Shown piece after piece: positions 25,478 through 34,852 of a stretch of DNA of 36,408 nt. How positions within the stretch are numbered: the first letter of the stretch is position 1; every line of letters starts with the position of its first letter. The DNA lies in contig CAYYKF010000005.1 in NCBI GenBank assembly GCA_964441035.1, positions 1 to 36,408 of the forward strand. The letters run 5' to 3'. The position numbers and the translations under genes were made by a program. The notes below the pieces were generated by a model. It was not told where the DNA came from and made no database searches. It saw nothing but the letters and a program-made list of their open reading frames with translations. This DNA is from an uncultured Candidatus Poseidoniales archaeon (GTDB lineage Archaea > Thermoplasmatota > Poseidoniia > Poseidoniales > Thalassarchaeaceae).

Positions 25478-25496
25478 GCCCCCCCGTAGGGGGGGC
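25478..25496. promoter_or_regulatory. perfect 8-bp G:C hairpin GCCCCCCC-gta-GGGGGGGC in the cox / yggU divergent spacer
   Basis: Read directly. It is flanked by a direct repeat GGCGCGAG (25449-25456 and 25494-25501), a further C6 run (25443-25448), and a TATA-like CTATATGA at 25461-25468. Confidence 0.35.
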
Positions 25497-25591
25497 GCGA
25501 GTATTGAGTTCAACCGGATTTCTACATATCACTCTTGATAGAAACAATTCGTGTCGATGCCCTAAAGCACTCCCTCTTTATCCGAAAATTG

Positions 25592-25912
25592 ATGGAAGCT
25601 TGGGATGTTGATATAATTCAACAAGTAGGAGAAGATACAATTCTATCCATTGAGGTTAAACCAGGAGCTAAAAGAATTGGAATTGAAGGTATCAATCCTT
25701 GGCGTAATCGGTTACAGGTAGCAGTCAAGGAAATTCCTCAAAAAGGCGCTGCAAATGAAGCGATTTGCACCCTATTTTCAGAACTACTATCGGTTCCACT
25801 TATCTGTATCAAGGTTGAGGCTGGACATAAATCGAAACAGAAAAAACTCAGAATAAGTGAAATGAATCGGACAGTAATTGTCTCTAAATTGAAATCAATA
25901 TTGGGGGATTAA
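25592..25912 (+). CDS. YggU / DUF167 (UPF0235) family protein
   Basis: LSIEVKPGAKRIGIEG...LQVAVKEIPQKGAANEAICTLFSELL...IKVEAGHKSKQKKLRI fits the DUF167 pattern (PGAK...G, P..GKAN.A, G..S..K). ATG 25592 is preferred over TTG 25535. Confidence 0.75.
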   Translation: MEAWDVDIIQQVGEDTILSIEVKPGAKRIGIEGINPWRNRLQVAVKEIPQKGAANEAICTLFSELLSVPLICIKVEAGHKSKQKKLRISEMNRTVIVSKLKSILGD

Positions 25913-25914
25913 TC

Positions 25915-26448
25915 ATGTCAAAGCGTGAGGGCCTTCCAGAGTGGATTAATGAGAAGCCTCGCAGGAATGGTTCACCCAATAGAGATGCGCGCTATACGAT
26001 GGCAGGACGTGCTTTGGGCGAAGCACGGTTACGAAATCGCATTCCAGAAGAGGGAGGATGCGGTTGCCCGATATTGGTCGAAGGTCGCAGAGACAAATCC
26101 ACTCTGAGGAGTATGGGTTTTACTGGTCCGATTGAACTCGTAAATAGAGGCTGGGATCAATCTAAATTGGTAGCATATCTTTACGAGAAATATGGAGACA
26201 CTAATTCTATTGATGGAAATGCCTCGTTAATCATAATCATGGATTGGGATCGAACTGGTGGTCGCCTACAGCGAAGTTTGGGAGACCGATTGGAAGCCTT
26301 TGGAATGAAAATTGATCATTCATCTCGAATGGCATTATTGCGTTCGATGAAACCTGAGGGAAGAACCGTCGAATCATTGAAACCACATTCAGATGTATTG
26401 CGTGCATACATAGATGCAGTAGATCTAGAAGGAGTGAAAGATGAATGA
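25915..26448 (+). CDS. Toprim-domain protein (archaeal UPF0292 / COG1658, RNase M5-like)
   Basis: The Toprim Glu motif is ILVEGRRDKSTLRSMGF and the DxD motif is IIIMDWDRTGG, at the spacing seen in UPF0292 proteins. The start is 2 nt after the yggU-like stop. Confidence 0.7.
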   Translation: MSKREGLPEWINEKPRRNGSPNRDARYTMAGRALGEARLRNRIPEEGGCGCPILVEGRRDKSTLRSMGFTGPIELVNRGWDQSKLVAYLYEKYGDTNSIDGNASLIIIMDWDRTGGRLQRSLGDRLEAFGMKIDHSSRMALLRSMKPEGRTVESLKPHSDVLRAYIDAVDLEGVKDE

Positions 26449-29349
26449 TTATTCAATTCTTATCGCAATTTGTAGGTTTAGATTTGTTGTTAGGTTCTCA
26501 CGCATATTATCAAGATCATTCAATCGTGTTGCCAGACTATCTTGTAAGCGAGAAATAAGTATGTTTTTCATTCGCACCCATCGGGGATCTGGCTGCTTCC
26601 CTTCTTCGCGCGCGCGCCAATTCGCATCACTCAATTGACTCATCTCACGTGCGATTCGAGCATGCCACGCTTGTTCCGCATTTGCCCTCAATTCGTCAAT
26701 TAAAGGTCGAATTTTGCGTTTTTCAGCAACGAGTAAACTATCATGAATTGGTTTGATTAAATCACATAAATCTGGTGATTCAGAATCAATATTACCAGAT
26801 TCAAGTAATGCATATGGATTTGCATCATTATCATCTAGTGGATTTCCTTTTTCATCGAGATACAACCAGCGACGTATTGTGGTTTGAGTTAAACTATTCA
26901 CGGTCCAATCAATACAAATGCACCAAGCAGCAGATTGTGGCGTTGTATCTTTTCTTGCTGAAATGAGTCGTAGTAGATTGTCTTCAGCACTTTGTTCGCA
27001 AAGCCATCTTATCAACGGATGATACGTGGTCAAGAAAATCGTATTTGGTTCAGATCTGGCGACATCGCGGTCAAAGATGACATGGAACCAATGTGGCCCT
27101 GAACGATTTGCAGCTTTCTGAATTAAAGCACTCCATCCTACCGTATCACCATCAATTTCCATTGGGTCAATAGTTCGCTGTGCAAGAATTTGAACTGTAT
27201 TGTCATCAAGGCCCAACATCCAAATACCATCATCTTGAGTTTGGTGAATTTGAGCTATTTCACCAAGTTGATACATCATCCAACGACGTAATTCATCAGC
27301 ACCAATGCCGAGATAGTTATTCTCTACTTTTTTCCTTAAAGCAGAAATTCCAGGATCGGGTCCTACCCACTCGCGTTCATCTATGGCACGCTCATTGAGC
27401 CACATCTCTCTTTTGTCTAACAAAGTCAGTATTGTGGGGTCTTCATCTTCAACATCTTCAGCAGGAATCATTTTTCGCATGGTTTGTTTGCCAATTGGTC
27501 TGTCAAGTTCGGTTCTAGCAACCATCCTCATTGCTTGGCCCAGTAAAGGATCAAGCATACCCAATGCATCTTCAAAAATTCTTATTCTGTGGTAGAGGCG
27601 ATGAAGAATTGCAGCATCAATTGTTCCTTCAACAGCTAAATTCAGAATGTCAATTTGAGGCGCTTTTTGTCCGAACCGATCTAACCGTCCGATTCGTTGT
27701 TCAATACGCATTGGATTCCAAGGTAAATCATAATTGACCAATCGATGACAATGTTGCTGGTCTAATCCTTCACTTCCAACTTCACTGGATAACAGTATGT
27801 CTATTTCTCCATTTCGAAATTCATCTCGAATTCGATCGCGTTCATCCATATTGGTACGTCCGGTAATCATGGCGCTAAGATATCCATCATTCTCGAGTTT
27901 TTGTTGGAGATGTTCCAGTGTTGAATGAAAGTGGCTGAAGAGTAAAACACCCCCCTCTTTACTTTCATCAAGGCTCTTCGATAACCATGCTTGAAATGCA
28001 TCATATTTCGAATCTACATTTCCAAGAGTTTCGGCAGCATCAATGAGCTCTGATAGGTTCCCTAATCTTCGCAGCATCCTAACTTCAATGTCTTCCAAAT
28101 CGATGTCTTCCTCAAAATTACCTTCTCCCAAATCATCTAGCTTTTCACGAGCTTGTGTTCGAAGTTGTCTTAGAACATGTCGAGCGAAGGCAGGTAAACT
28201 CGATGAGGCCATACGTTCAGGAACGATGAGCGCCCAATCGAAAACTTGTCCATCTGGATGACGCATTTGTATCAGGGTCCGAGCCCATCGTCTAGCGGCC
28301 TCATACAACCTCCATTCTTCTGATGTGAGTTGAACATCTAGGGTAATTGCATTGCGTTTAGCTAGATGCCAATCTAGGTCCCGTTTTCGTGTTCGCACGA
28401 GTAAATCATTCAAAGGTCTTAGACTACGAACGATGTCAGCCAAAACTTGGCGAGATTTTTCTATATGGTTTGGGTGCCATGCACTTTCATTTAGTACGAG
28501 CAACATTGCTTTGGTTAATCGAGGATCTCCCGTAAATCCTGCAGTTTGCTCCAGCGCTTGAAAACGATCGATTGCTCGTGGTAAATTGGGAGTTTTCTGC
28601 GAGATTCCAGTTAACACATCATTGAGCATTCTCGTGGGTCTCATCGTGCGATGAAACTGCTCAATTGTGGGCCAACGATCAGGCGCTATTAGACTCAGTT
28701 GAACCCAGAGATCCTCTTCACGTAAGTTCACAGGTGTTGCAGTCATCAGTACGCAGTGTTGACTTCGCATTGAAAGAAATTGTATTGCATCATGTAAGCG
28801 ACTTCTAGGATTACGACAGTGATGAGCCTCATCAACAATTGTCAGCATTATTTCTGGCATAATATTCATTATTTTCTCAAGTGTACTTGCTCTTCTCAAT
28901 ATGCCATGACTGACAATAATAATTCTAGGTTCACCATTTGCAATTCGCTCCATTATCGCTAGCAACCTACGGCCGCTATCTGCAACTATTGCCTCGATAT
29001 CCCCACGATGATGTAATTCTTGTCTCCACTTTGATTTTAGAGACCCTGGACAAGTGATAATCACAGCACCTTTGGTGCCGATAGCATGCAACCTTCGCAA
29101 GATTCGAATTGCAGAAATTGTCTTCCCCAATCCAACTTCATCTGCAATCAATAATCCTCGCCAAGGTGATGCTGCTAATCGGGCTGCTGGAAGGTGTTGA
29201 TGTGGTTGATCTTCCCACCTTCCAAATGCGTGTAGAGGTGCAAAATCTGAGGTGGGGTGGCATAGATTCAGATTTGTCCAACGTAAATTCGAATCAAGGG
29301 TGACAATCGGTGTGAGGCCACCATCATCTCTGGAATTTGATGTGGCCAT
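26449..29349 (-). CDS. SNF2-family DEAD/H ATPase-helicase with ~360-aa uncharacterised C-terminal region
   Basis: Motif I is LIADEVGLGKT, II is IVDEAHHCRN, III is LMTATPVNL, and V-VI is LSSEVGSEGLDQQHCHRLVNYDLPWNPMRIEQRIGRLDRFGQ. Start is ATG 29349; the alternative GTG 29421 overlaps the lrp-like stop by 17 nt. Confidence 0.9.
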   Translation of the reverse strand: MATSNSRDDGGLTPIVTLDSNLRWTNLNLCHPTSDFAPLHAFGRWEDQPHQHLPAARLAASPWRGLLIADEVGLGKTISAIRILRRLHAIGTKGAVIITCPGSLKSKWRQELHHRGDIEAIVADSGRRLLAIMERIANGEPRIIIVSHGILRRASTLEKIMNIMPEIMLTIVDEAHHCRNPRSRLHDAIQFLSMRSQHCVLMTATPVNLREEDLWVQLSLIAPDRWPTIEQFHRTMRPTRMLNDVLTGISQKTPNLPRAIDRFQALEQTAGFTGDPRLTKAMLLVLNESAWHPNHIEKSRQVLADIVRSLRPLNDLLVRTRKRDLDWHLAKRNAITLDVQLTSEEWRLYEAARRWARTLIQMRHPDGQVFDWALIVPERMASSSLPAFARHVLRQLRTQAREKLDDLGEGNFEEDIDLEDIEVRMLRRLGNLSELIDAAETLGNVDSKYDAFQAWLSKSLDESKEGGVLLFSHFHSTLEHLQQKLENDGYLSAMITGRTNMDERDRIRDEFRNGEIDILLSSEVGSEGLDQQHCHRLVNYDLPWNPMRIEQRIGRLDRFGQKAPQIDILNLAVEGTIDAAILHRLYHRIRIFEDALGMLDPLLGQAMRMVARTELDRPIGKQTMRKMIPAEDVEDEDPTILTLLDKREMWLNERAIDEREWVGPDPGISALRKKVENNYLGIGADELRRWMMYQLGEIAQIHQTQDDGIWMLGLDDNTVQILAQRTIDPMEIDGDTVGWSALIQKAANRSGPHWFHVIFDRDVARSEPNTIFLTTYHPLIRWLCEQSAEDNLLRLISARKDTTPQSAAWCICIDWTVNSLTQTTIRRWLYLDEKGNPLDDNDANPYALLESGNIDSESPDLCDLIKPIHDSLLVAEKRKIRPLIDELRANAEQAWHARIAREMSQLSDANWRAREEGKQPDPRWVRMKNILISRLQDSLATRLNDLDNMRENLTTNLNLQIAIRIE

Positions 29350-29404
29350 GTTTGCGTACGGCGGCGACAACGTTCTTGAAGACTCGGCAGGGGACCCCCA
29401 TCCT

Positions 29405-29848
29405 TCACGGAAGACTGACACCTTCTTGTTTCACCGTATTGAGGACAACATGTGTTACAGTCCGAATGATACCTTCTGAGGAGAGAATCGTTTTTGAGAG
29501 GTCATCAAGATGTGCGCGGTCGCGTACGCGTGCTAGAACCATGGAATCAAATTCTCCAGTTACATCATAAATTCCGTAAACGCGCGAATCATTTGCAATC
29601 CGCCTTTGTACCTCCATCAATTGCCCTTTCTCAATTCGTAGACCACAGAGGACGGTCATGTTCCAACCAACCTTCTCCGCATCAATTTGCACCTGATATC
29701 CTTGTATTACACCTAATTCTTCCATTCTCTTAACTCGATTTGATACCGTTCCAAGAGCGACTCCAACCTGTTCGGCAATTGACCGAAGTGAAGTTCGAGC
29801 ATCCGCCAATAGGACGGAAAGGATTCGGCGATCAGTTTCATCAATCAT
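29405..29848 (-). CDS. Lrp/AsnC-family transcriptional regulator
   Basis: MIDETDRRILSVLLADARTSLRSIAEQVGVALGTVSNRVKRMEELGVIQGY is the wHTH, followed by a RAM/ACT-like C-terminal half, 147 aa in total. The alternative start ATG 29923 overlaps the upstream stop. Confidence 0.85.
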   Translation of the reverse strand: MIDETDRRILSVLLADARTSLRSIAEQVGVALGTVSNRVKRMEELGVIQGYQVQIDAEKVGWNMTVLCGLRIEKGQLMEVQRRIANDSRVYGIYDVTGEFDSMVLARVRDRAHLDDLSKTILSSEGIIRTVTHVVLNTVKQEGVSLP

Positions 29849-29915
29849 GCCATTGCCACTTGGCGATAGAATTTGAACATATGTCGATGATATCCAGGAA
29901 AAAGTGAACAAATGT

Positions 29916-31028
29916 TCACTCATCTTGCTTTGTGTGTAGGACGAGATCAAGGACCCAATTCCCCATCTCTTCTACTTCAATACTCCATTCTGTGTGGATT
30001 TCATTCCCACAGTCGATTTCAATTCCGCGTAGGGGTTTAACTCGAATTTCAAATGTCTTCTCGGTACCTGCAGGTATCTCGATTGATCGAATACCCTTCG
30101 AAAGTTTCCAAGGTGGCTCAATTCTCACTTCACGTAGAGTGACATCGCCCCCTCCAGCTCGTAATGTTGCAACGGGGTGTCCTTTTCGAACACTCTTACC
30201 ATTCAACTGAGGAAGCATGTATTCGCGTTTCCATTCTGCCCTAGCAATAGCGCTTAGACAAAGAAGTATTATTCCGAATCCGATTAGAGTTGAGATACGG
30301 TCTCCAGAATCCTTCGGCCCGGTTGGTGGGGGTGGGAAGTCGGAGGAGAGTAAGGCAAAATTTTCCTCAGTTTCATAATCCGATAACAATAATACAAACT
30401 TCATTTGATGAAAATCTCTGAGATTTTCAGACATTCCATGCTTTGTCAAATCACCCAGTGGAAATGCTTCTTGATGTATGGTATGTCCTCCAGCAGAATG
30501 ATTGATTGCAATTGACATTCGATAGAGGCGAACCACAGCATTCTGATTGGGTGCCCTTCCATCTAGTTCGACATCATTTTCAGTAATAATCATCCTTAGA
30601 ATGAGATTTTCAGTCCTTTCATCCAAGATATGAATACCAATTGTAGCATTTAGAACCGGTCCATCAGAATCTTCGTTCCAATCCAATGTTAAGTTCAACA
30701 TAGCACTTGCAGATTCAGTTTCGTGCTCAATGATTCCAGTGTCATTTATTCCAAGATCTTCAGCCCTATACATGGCTGCAGGAATCCCCAATCCTTCAGA
30801 GACATTTTCATTCCATTCATGCCAAGCAAGTCGAATGGTATCATCCTGAGGAATAGTTTCAGTTTCAGGATTGGTGAAGTGCTCAACAAAAACGGGGATA
30901 TTCTCTCCTGAATTGGTTGTAATTGTAGATGTGGATTCAGATTGCAATGGAATAAAATTCAATCCCCACCCCACAGCAATGACAAGGAGGAGTGTGATTG
31001 CAAATGGAACCCAACTACCACGCCGCAT
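29916..31028 (-). CDS. hypothetical bitopic membrane protein (outer ~250-aa domain, TM, ~95-aa cytoplasmic beta-rich domain)
   Basis: ATG 31028 gives MRRGSWVPFAITLLLVIAVGW. A second TM is ISTLIGFGIILLCLSAIA. No family recognised. Confidence 0.6.
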   Translation of the reverse strand: MRRGSWVPFAITLLLVIAVGWGLNFIPLQSESTSTITTNSGENIPVFVEHFTNPETETIPQDDTIRLAWHEWNENVSEGLGIPAAMYRAEDLGINDTGIIEHETESASAMLNLTLDWNEDSDGPVLNATIGIHILDERTENLILRMIITENDVELDGRAPNQNAVVRLYRMSIAINHSAGGHTIHQEAFPLGDLTKHGMSENLRDFHQMKFVLLLSDYETEENFALLSSDFPPPPTGPKDSGDRISTLIGFGIILLCLSAIARAEWKREYMLPQLNGKSVRKGHPVATLRAGGGDVTLREVRIEPPWKLSKGIRSIEIPAGTEKTFEIRVKPLRGIEIDCGNEIHTEWSIEVEEMGNWVLDLVLHTKQDE

Positions 31029-31059
31029 ACACACCCCATGGCTCGACAGCGCATGAACA

Positions 31060-32760
31060 TCATGACTCTTCAGATAGACGCCATGATAAGACAAACTTCT
31101 CGGCTTCTGGCATCATTAGGCTCAATTTTCCAGCAACCCAAGCAGGATATGACTCAATTGTTCCAGCAATTTCAACATCCAATAGAATGCCTCCATCCCG
31201 TTCATTGGCAAGTGTAGGGATTTCTTCCAATAATGTCGATTTACCCGGTTCTTCACCTGCCAACAGTCTCTGAATTAGTGGAATAGAAACACGATGTCGA
31301 TGCTTGGTCACACGCTGCACAAGTCCTTGCAAGCCTTTAGACAGTAGTCGATTTTTTTGCTTACGAAATTTCCAGGCAGGTTGTCCAGCTTGGGTAACTC
31401 GTACTGGATGCCAATGTTTCCCAGGATATTCTCGATGCTTTGCAGTAGTCCTTTTCGATGCCCACATCCATTCAAGAATCTCGCGAGAAGAAACATGCAC
31501 AAACTGGCCACGTTTCCACAGTGCAAGTCCTTCCAAGTCGACACCCCATTCATTGAGTAATACTTCTTGCTCTTGTAATTCTACAGCCCGCAATTCATTT
31601 TCACTCAATGGAGGTGGAGCGATGGATTTTGGTACATGCCCAATGTCTCTAAGTCCGGGACGAGTTGAACGAGCATTGGTTTCATTGTCTTCATTCTGTG
31701 AAAAAATTGCAAGGAAAAATCCACTACCATTATTTTCGTCATTCCAAACTCGAATACATCTAGACAATGAATGCCTAAGGTTTTCATCAGAAGGTGGCTT
31801 GAAATCTTCGTGAACTTGTTCTAGTGTGTCCGTGTTGTTCATGATTTCAGCATCATGGTTCAGTATTGGCCATTCAGTGAGCCCCCTTCTTGTTTTCAAG
31901 CTCGGAAAAACTTCTGCCGTATTGACTTCAACAAGATCTAGCCATGGACATTTTCGGAGTACATTTGCAACTACGGCTTCGTTTTCCAATGGGTCGATTG
32001 AACATGTTGAGTACACCATTATCCCACCTGGCCGAAGCAACATCCCTCCTCTTCTGAGAATGTCCGCTTGGAGTTTGTGCATTGATTGACCCGCATTTGG
32101 AGTCCATTTTGTCCACACATCAGTATTCTTTCGTGTCGTACCTGTTCCAGTGCAAGGAGCATCGACCAGCACCCGATCAAATCCAGGTTCTGCAACTCTA
32201 GGAAAATGTCGACCATCATGTTGTGCGACAACAACATTGACATGTCCAGTTCTATGTATATTGGAAACTAGATTATTCACGCGCCCTGAATTAGGGTCAC
32301 TTGCAATTAGCAAACCTTCACCCTGTAGCGATTCCGCAATTTGAGTTGATTTAGATCCAGGGGCAGCACATAAATCGAGAACTCGATGTCCTGGTTGAAC
32401 ATTCAATACCTGAACCGGAAGCATTGATGCAGCTTCTTGTAGAGTAATCCGTCCGGATGCATGTAACTTCTGAATACGGATTTTGTATTCTTCATCTTGA
32501 CATCTACCTTTTTCCCAAGGTAGGGAGAATGCCCCACCTTCTCCAGTATACCACTCAATAGGCTTAGCTCCCATTTTCAAGAGGCATTGTAGCGTCCAAT
32601 CTTTGTCGGCTCTACGAGGATTCAATCGGATTGTTTCGGGTAATCTAGGGGTGGCGGCATCAAGCCAATCATCTAATTCATTTGGCCTCAGAGCACTGAC
32701 CAGTTTGGCTAGTTTACTCTGTGCAGCATGAGCACGCCAATCCGAAATCATGCCTGCCAT
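31060..32760 (-). CDS. NOL1/NOP2/Sun-family RNA cytosine-C5 methyltransferase with RsmF-like C-terminal extension
   Basis: Motif I is VLDLCAAPGSKSTQIAE, motif IV is FDRVLVDAPCTGTGTTRKN and motif VI is GGIMVYSTCSIDPLENE, followed by ~240 further residues. Confidence 0.9.
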   Translation of the reverse strand: MAGMISDWRAHAAQSKLAKLVSALRPNELDDWLDAATPRLPETIRLNPRRADKDWTLQCLLKMGAKPIEWYTGEGGAFSLPWEKGRCQDEEYKIRIQKLHASGRITLQEAASMLPVQVLNVQPGHRVLDLCAAPGSKSTQIAESLQGEGLLIASDPNSGRVNNLVSNIHRTGHVNVVVAQHDGRHFPRVAEPGFDRVLVDAPCTGTGTTRKNTDVWTKWTPNAGQSMHKLQADILRRGGMLLRPGGIMVYSTCSIDPLENEAVVANVLRKCPWLDLVEVNTAEVFPSLKTRRGLTEWPILNHDAEIMNNTDTLEQVHEDFKPPSDENLRHSLSRCIRVWNDENNGSGFFLAIFSQNEDNETNARSTRPGLRDIGHVPKSIAPPPLSENELRAVELQEQEVLLNEWGVDLEGLALWKRGQFVHVSSREILEWMWASKRTTAKHREYPGKHWHPVRVTQAGQPAWKFRKQKNRLLSKGLQGLVQRVTKHRHRVSIPLIQRLLAGEEPGKSTLLEEIPTLANERDGGILLDVEIAGTIESYPAWVAGKLSLMMPEAEKFVLSWRLSEES

Positions 32761-32838
32761 GTTATTGCGAAGAGATGCTTGACTTCAGCGCATCGGCTCC
32801 GCCCAACCTTGAACGGCCTCCCTCTCTTTGCGTACTTC

Positions 32839-34089
32839 ATGGCAATAGGTGGCGGTGATGCTGTAAGCCCAACAGCGGCGCTACTAACAATTGCGCTACT
32901 GTCAATCCCTCCATTGCTTGCGTTTCATCCATGGTTGCCCTCTCGTTTTTCTCGATTTGTACATTTAATTCCAGTCATTCTGATTGGAGGTGCAGTACTT
33001 TTCAGGGTTCAAGCGATGTGGATTGCTGATGGCCACGATACCCAAGTTGTCGGTTGGCTACCTAAGGGCACCGACGGCTTTTCTGCATTAATTCACATCT
33101 TTGATGGACCAGCAGGTTTGATGTTGGGATTGTTGTTTGGATTTGCATTGGGAATTGCGATACGCCCCAAGGATTACTTGACTTTACGTCTTCACAGATG
33201 GGCTGCATTGTGTTGGCTTGTTTTACTTGGATGGGGCACACCATCCGATGGATTCGCCCGAAATTTGAGTGAAATACCACTATCTGACTTTGCATCAGAA
33301 ACAGATTGGAAGAATTTGCTTTTCCCGATACTAGGCCTTGGACTATCCTTGGTTGTTCTTCCAACCCTTTCTTTTGCCGAGATTTCAGGTCCGAATTTAA
33401 TCCCCACGATTCAATTGGTTGCAGCGATTAGTATCTCATTGCTTCTATTAGATTTGAGCACGGGAACAGCAATGTCTGCCGTGATGATATTGCTTCTTGG
33501 TGCTATGGCACACATCATCGTTGCATTATGGATTCAAGAAAAACGTGGTCAGGCTCAACGCGGGAAGTGGGGGGGTCTTCTCTTGGTATTCTTTTACAGT
33601 TCAATTTTTATCACTGCTGCGACGGGATTCGTCGCAAGCTCAGAGCCCCGACTTACAGGATTTGAAGATGCCATTTGGTCTTCCCGTTTGACAGTTGGTT
33701 GGATTCTAGTATGTGGATTAGCTGGAGCTCTTTTACCAACGATTGGATGGGATTCTCGCCCCCGTCCTGAAGTGTGGGGATTCTTATCAGGCCTTCTTAT
33801 TGCACCTGCCCTCCTTCCTAGAATGGAACTTGTGGAACATTCCTTGATTCCAATCTTATTGCTCAGTGTAACGATGCCTGTGATGGCGTCATTTGTTGAA
33901 TTTAGACCAGAGTTTTCCGTACTACGACGAATACTGGAATTAAGCCTGATTATTGGCGGACATATCATCGTGTTATTTCTGACTGTAACCGGTGTATTTC
34001 CATTGACTCTAATCGTGTTACTAATGCTCCTTCCTATCTGTTGGGTTCATCATCAATCATCCATTTCCAGTCCTGATGAAGAGGAATGA
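32839..34089 (+). CDS. hypothetical polytopic membrane protein (about 11-12 TM)
   Basis: Continuously hydrophobic, with short loops and an acidic terminus (SSPDEEE). ATG 32839 is preferred over the track start at 32728, which overlaps the divergent gene. Confidence 0.6.
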   Translation: MAIGGGDAVSPTAALLTIALLSIPPLLAFHPWLPSRFSRFVHLIPVILIGGAVLFRVQAMWIADGHDTQVVGWLPKGTDGFSALIHIFDGPAGLMLGLLFGFALGIAIRPKDYLTLRLHRWAALCWLVLLGWGTPSDGFARNLSEIPLSDFASETDWKNLLFPILGLGLSLVVLPTLSFAEISGPNLIPTIQLVAAISISLLLLDLSTGTAMSAVMILLLGAMAHIIVALWIQEKRGQAQRGKWGGLLLVFFYSSIFITAATGFVASSEPRLTGFEDAIWSSRLTVGWILVCGLAGALLPTIGWDSRPRPEVWGFLSGLLIAPALLPRMELVEHSLIPILLLSVTMPVMASFVEFRPEFSVLRRILELSLIIGGHIIVLFLTVTGVFPLTLIVLLMLLPICWVHHQSSISSPDEEE

Positions 34090-34576
34090 ATCGGCCAGCC
34101 AAGAAGGGTCGCAAAATGCTATTTTTCACCTTGATTTTATCCCTAAGGGTTATACCTGTACCGTATGCGATGAAGCCCTCGTAGCCCTCAAAGGGTTGCA
34201 GGATGGGATGAGAATGACAACCAAGCGGAAGCCGGCACGTAGGTATGCAAGAACAAGTGAAACGAATCGAACGAATGCCGTTCAAACAGCGGCAAAATTG
34301 TCTCAACTTACTGAACGCGCGCGTAGAACCGGTGCTGCCCAAGGCCCACTCGCACCAGTCGAAGCTCTCATGACCATTGAAAGTGACACTTGGATTTGGC
34401 AAACTGTTGATCGCGATGTACTCGATATGCTCAGTCATCGCCTTGTTCTGCAAACCGAAGACGGACGTAGAAGAGAATTGTTCATGACAAAAGATTTGGA
34501 TTCTGCAATGGACGCCGCAAGTCGTATTGTTGAATTCAATAATGGTGTGGTATTGATTGAGACACTTGACCCCTAA
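34076..34576 (+). CDS. hypothetical protein (basic N-terminal half)
   Basis: ORF only. It is more plausible than the Cys-rich antisense ORF 34034..34453. The start is uncertain: ATG 34076 overlaps the upstream gene by 14 nt, and ATG 34208/34214 are alternatives. Confidence 0.4.
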   Translation: MKRNESASQEGSQNAIFHLDFIPKGYTCTVCDEALVALKGLQDGMRMTTKRKPARRYARTSETNRTNAVQTAAKLSQLTERARRTGAAQGPLAPVEALMTIESDTWIWQTVDRDVLDMLSHRLVLQTEDGRRRELFMTKDLDSAMDAASRIVEFNNGVVLIETLDP

Positions 34577-34644
34577 TAGAGGTCTTTAGGTGAATATTGT
34601 CGCTTTCGGCGTCTTGAAATACGAAAGGTAGGTCGGCGACACGC

Positions 34645-34851
34645 ATGGCAGTCAAGAAGGACAAGAAATCGAAAGGTCCGAATATCCAGCAAGCCGCTGG
34701 ATTGATTCGCTATTTCGATGAAGAAAGTGAAGATGCCATTCAGATTTCCAAAGGTAGCATTTACTTCGCTTGCATTTTCGTCTCAACGGTCTTGTATTTG
34801 CTCAATCACAACGTCTTGCAGTGGGCATGGGCCCAATTGACTGGCTTCTGA
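34645..34851 (+). CDS. secG: preprotein translocase subunit Sec61beta (archaeal SecG)
   Basis: A basic N-terminus, then AAGLIRYFDEE...IQISKGSIYFACIFVSTVLYLL. This combines the Sec61beta signature (AGL.RY.DE) with a single C-terminal TM. Confidence 0.7.
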   Translation: MAVKKDKKSKGPNIQQAAGLIRYFDEESEDAIQISKGSIYFACIFVSTVLYLLNHNVLQWAWAQLTGF

Positions 34852-34852
34852 A

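Noticed and set aside
25330-25611. 93-aa plus-strand ORF spanning the cox promoter spacer
   Set aside because: It overlaps the coxB 5' end in antisense and runs through the G/C hairpin. The translation is implausible, and the YggU-like gene starts at 25592.
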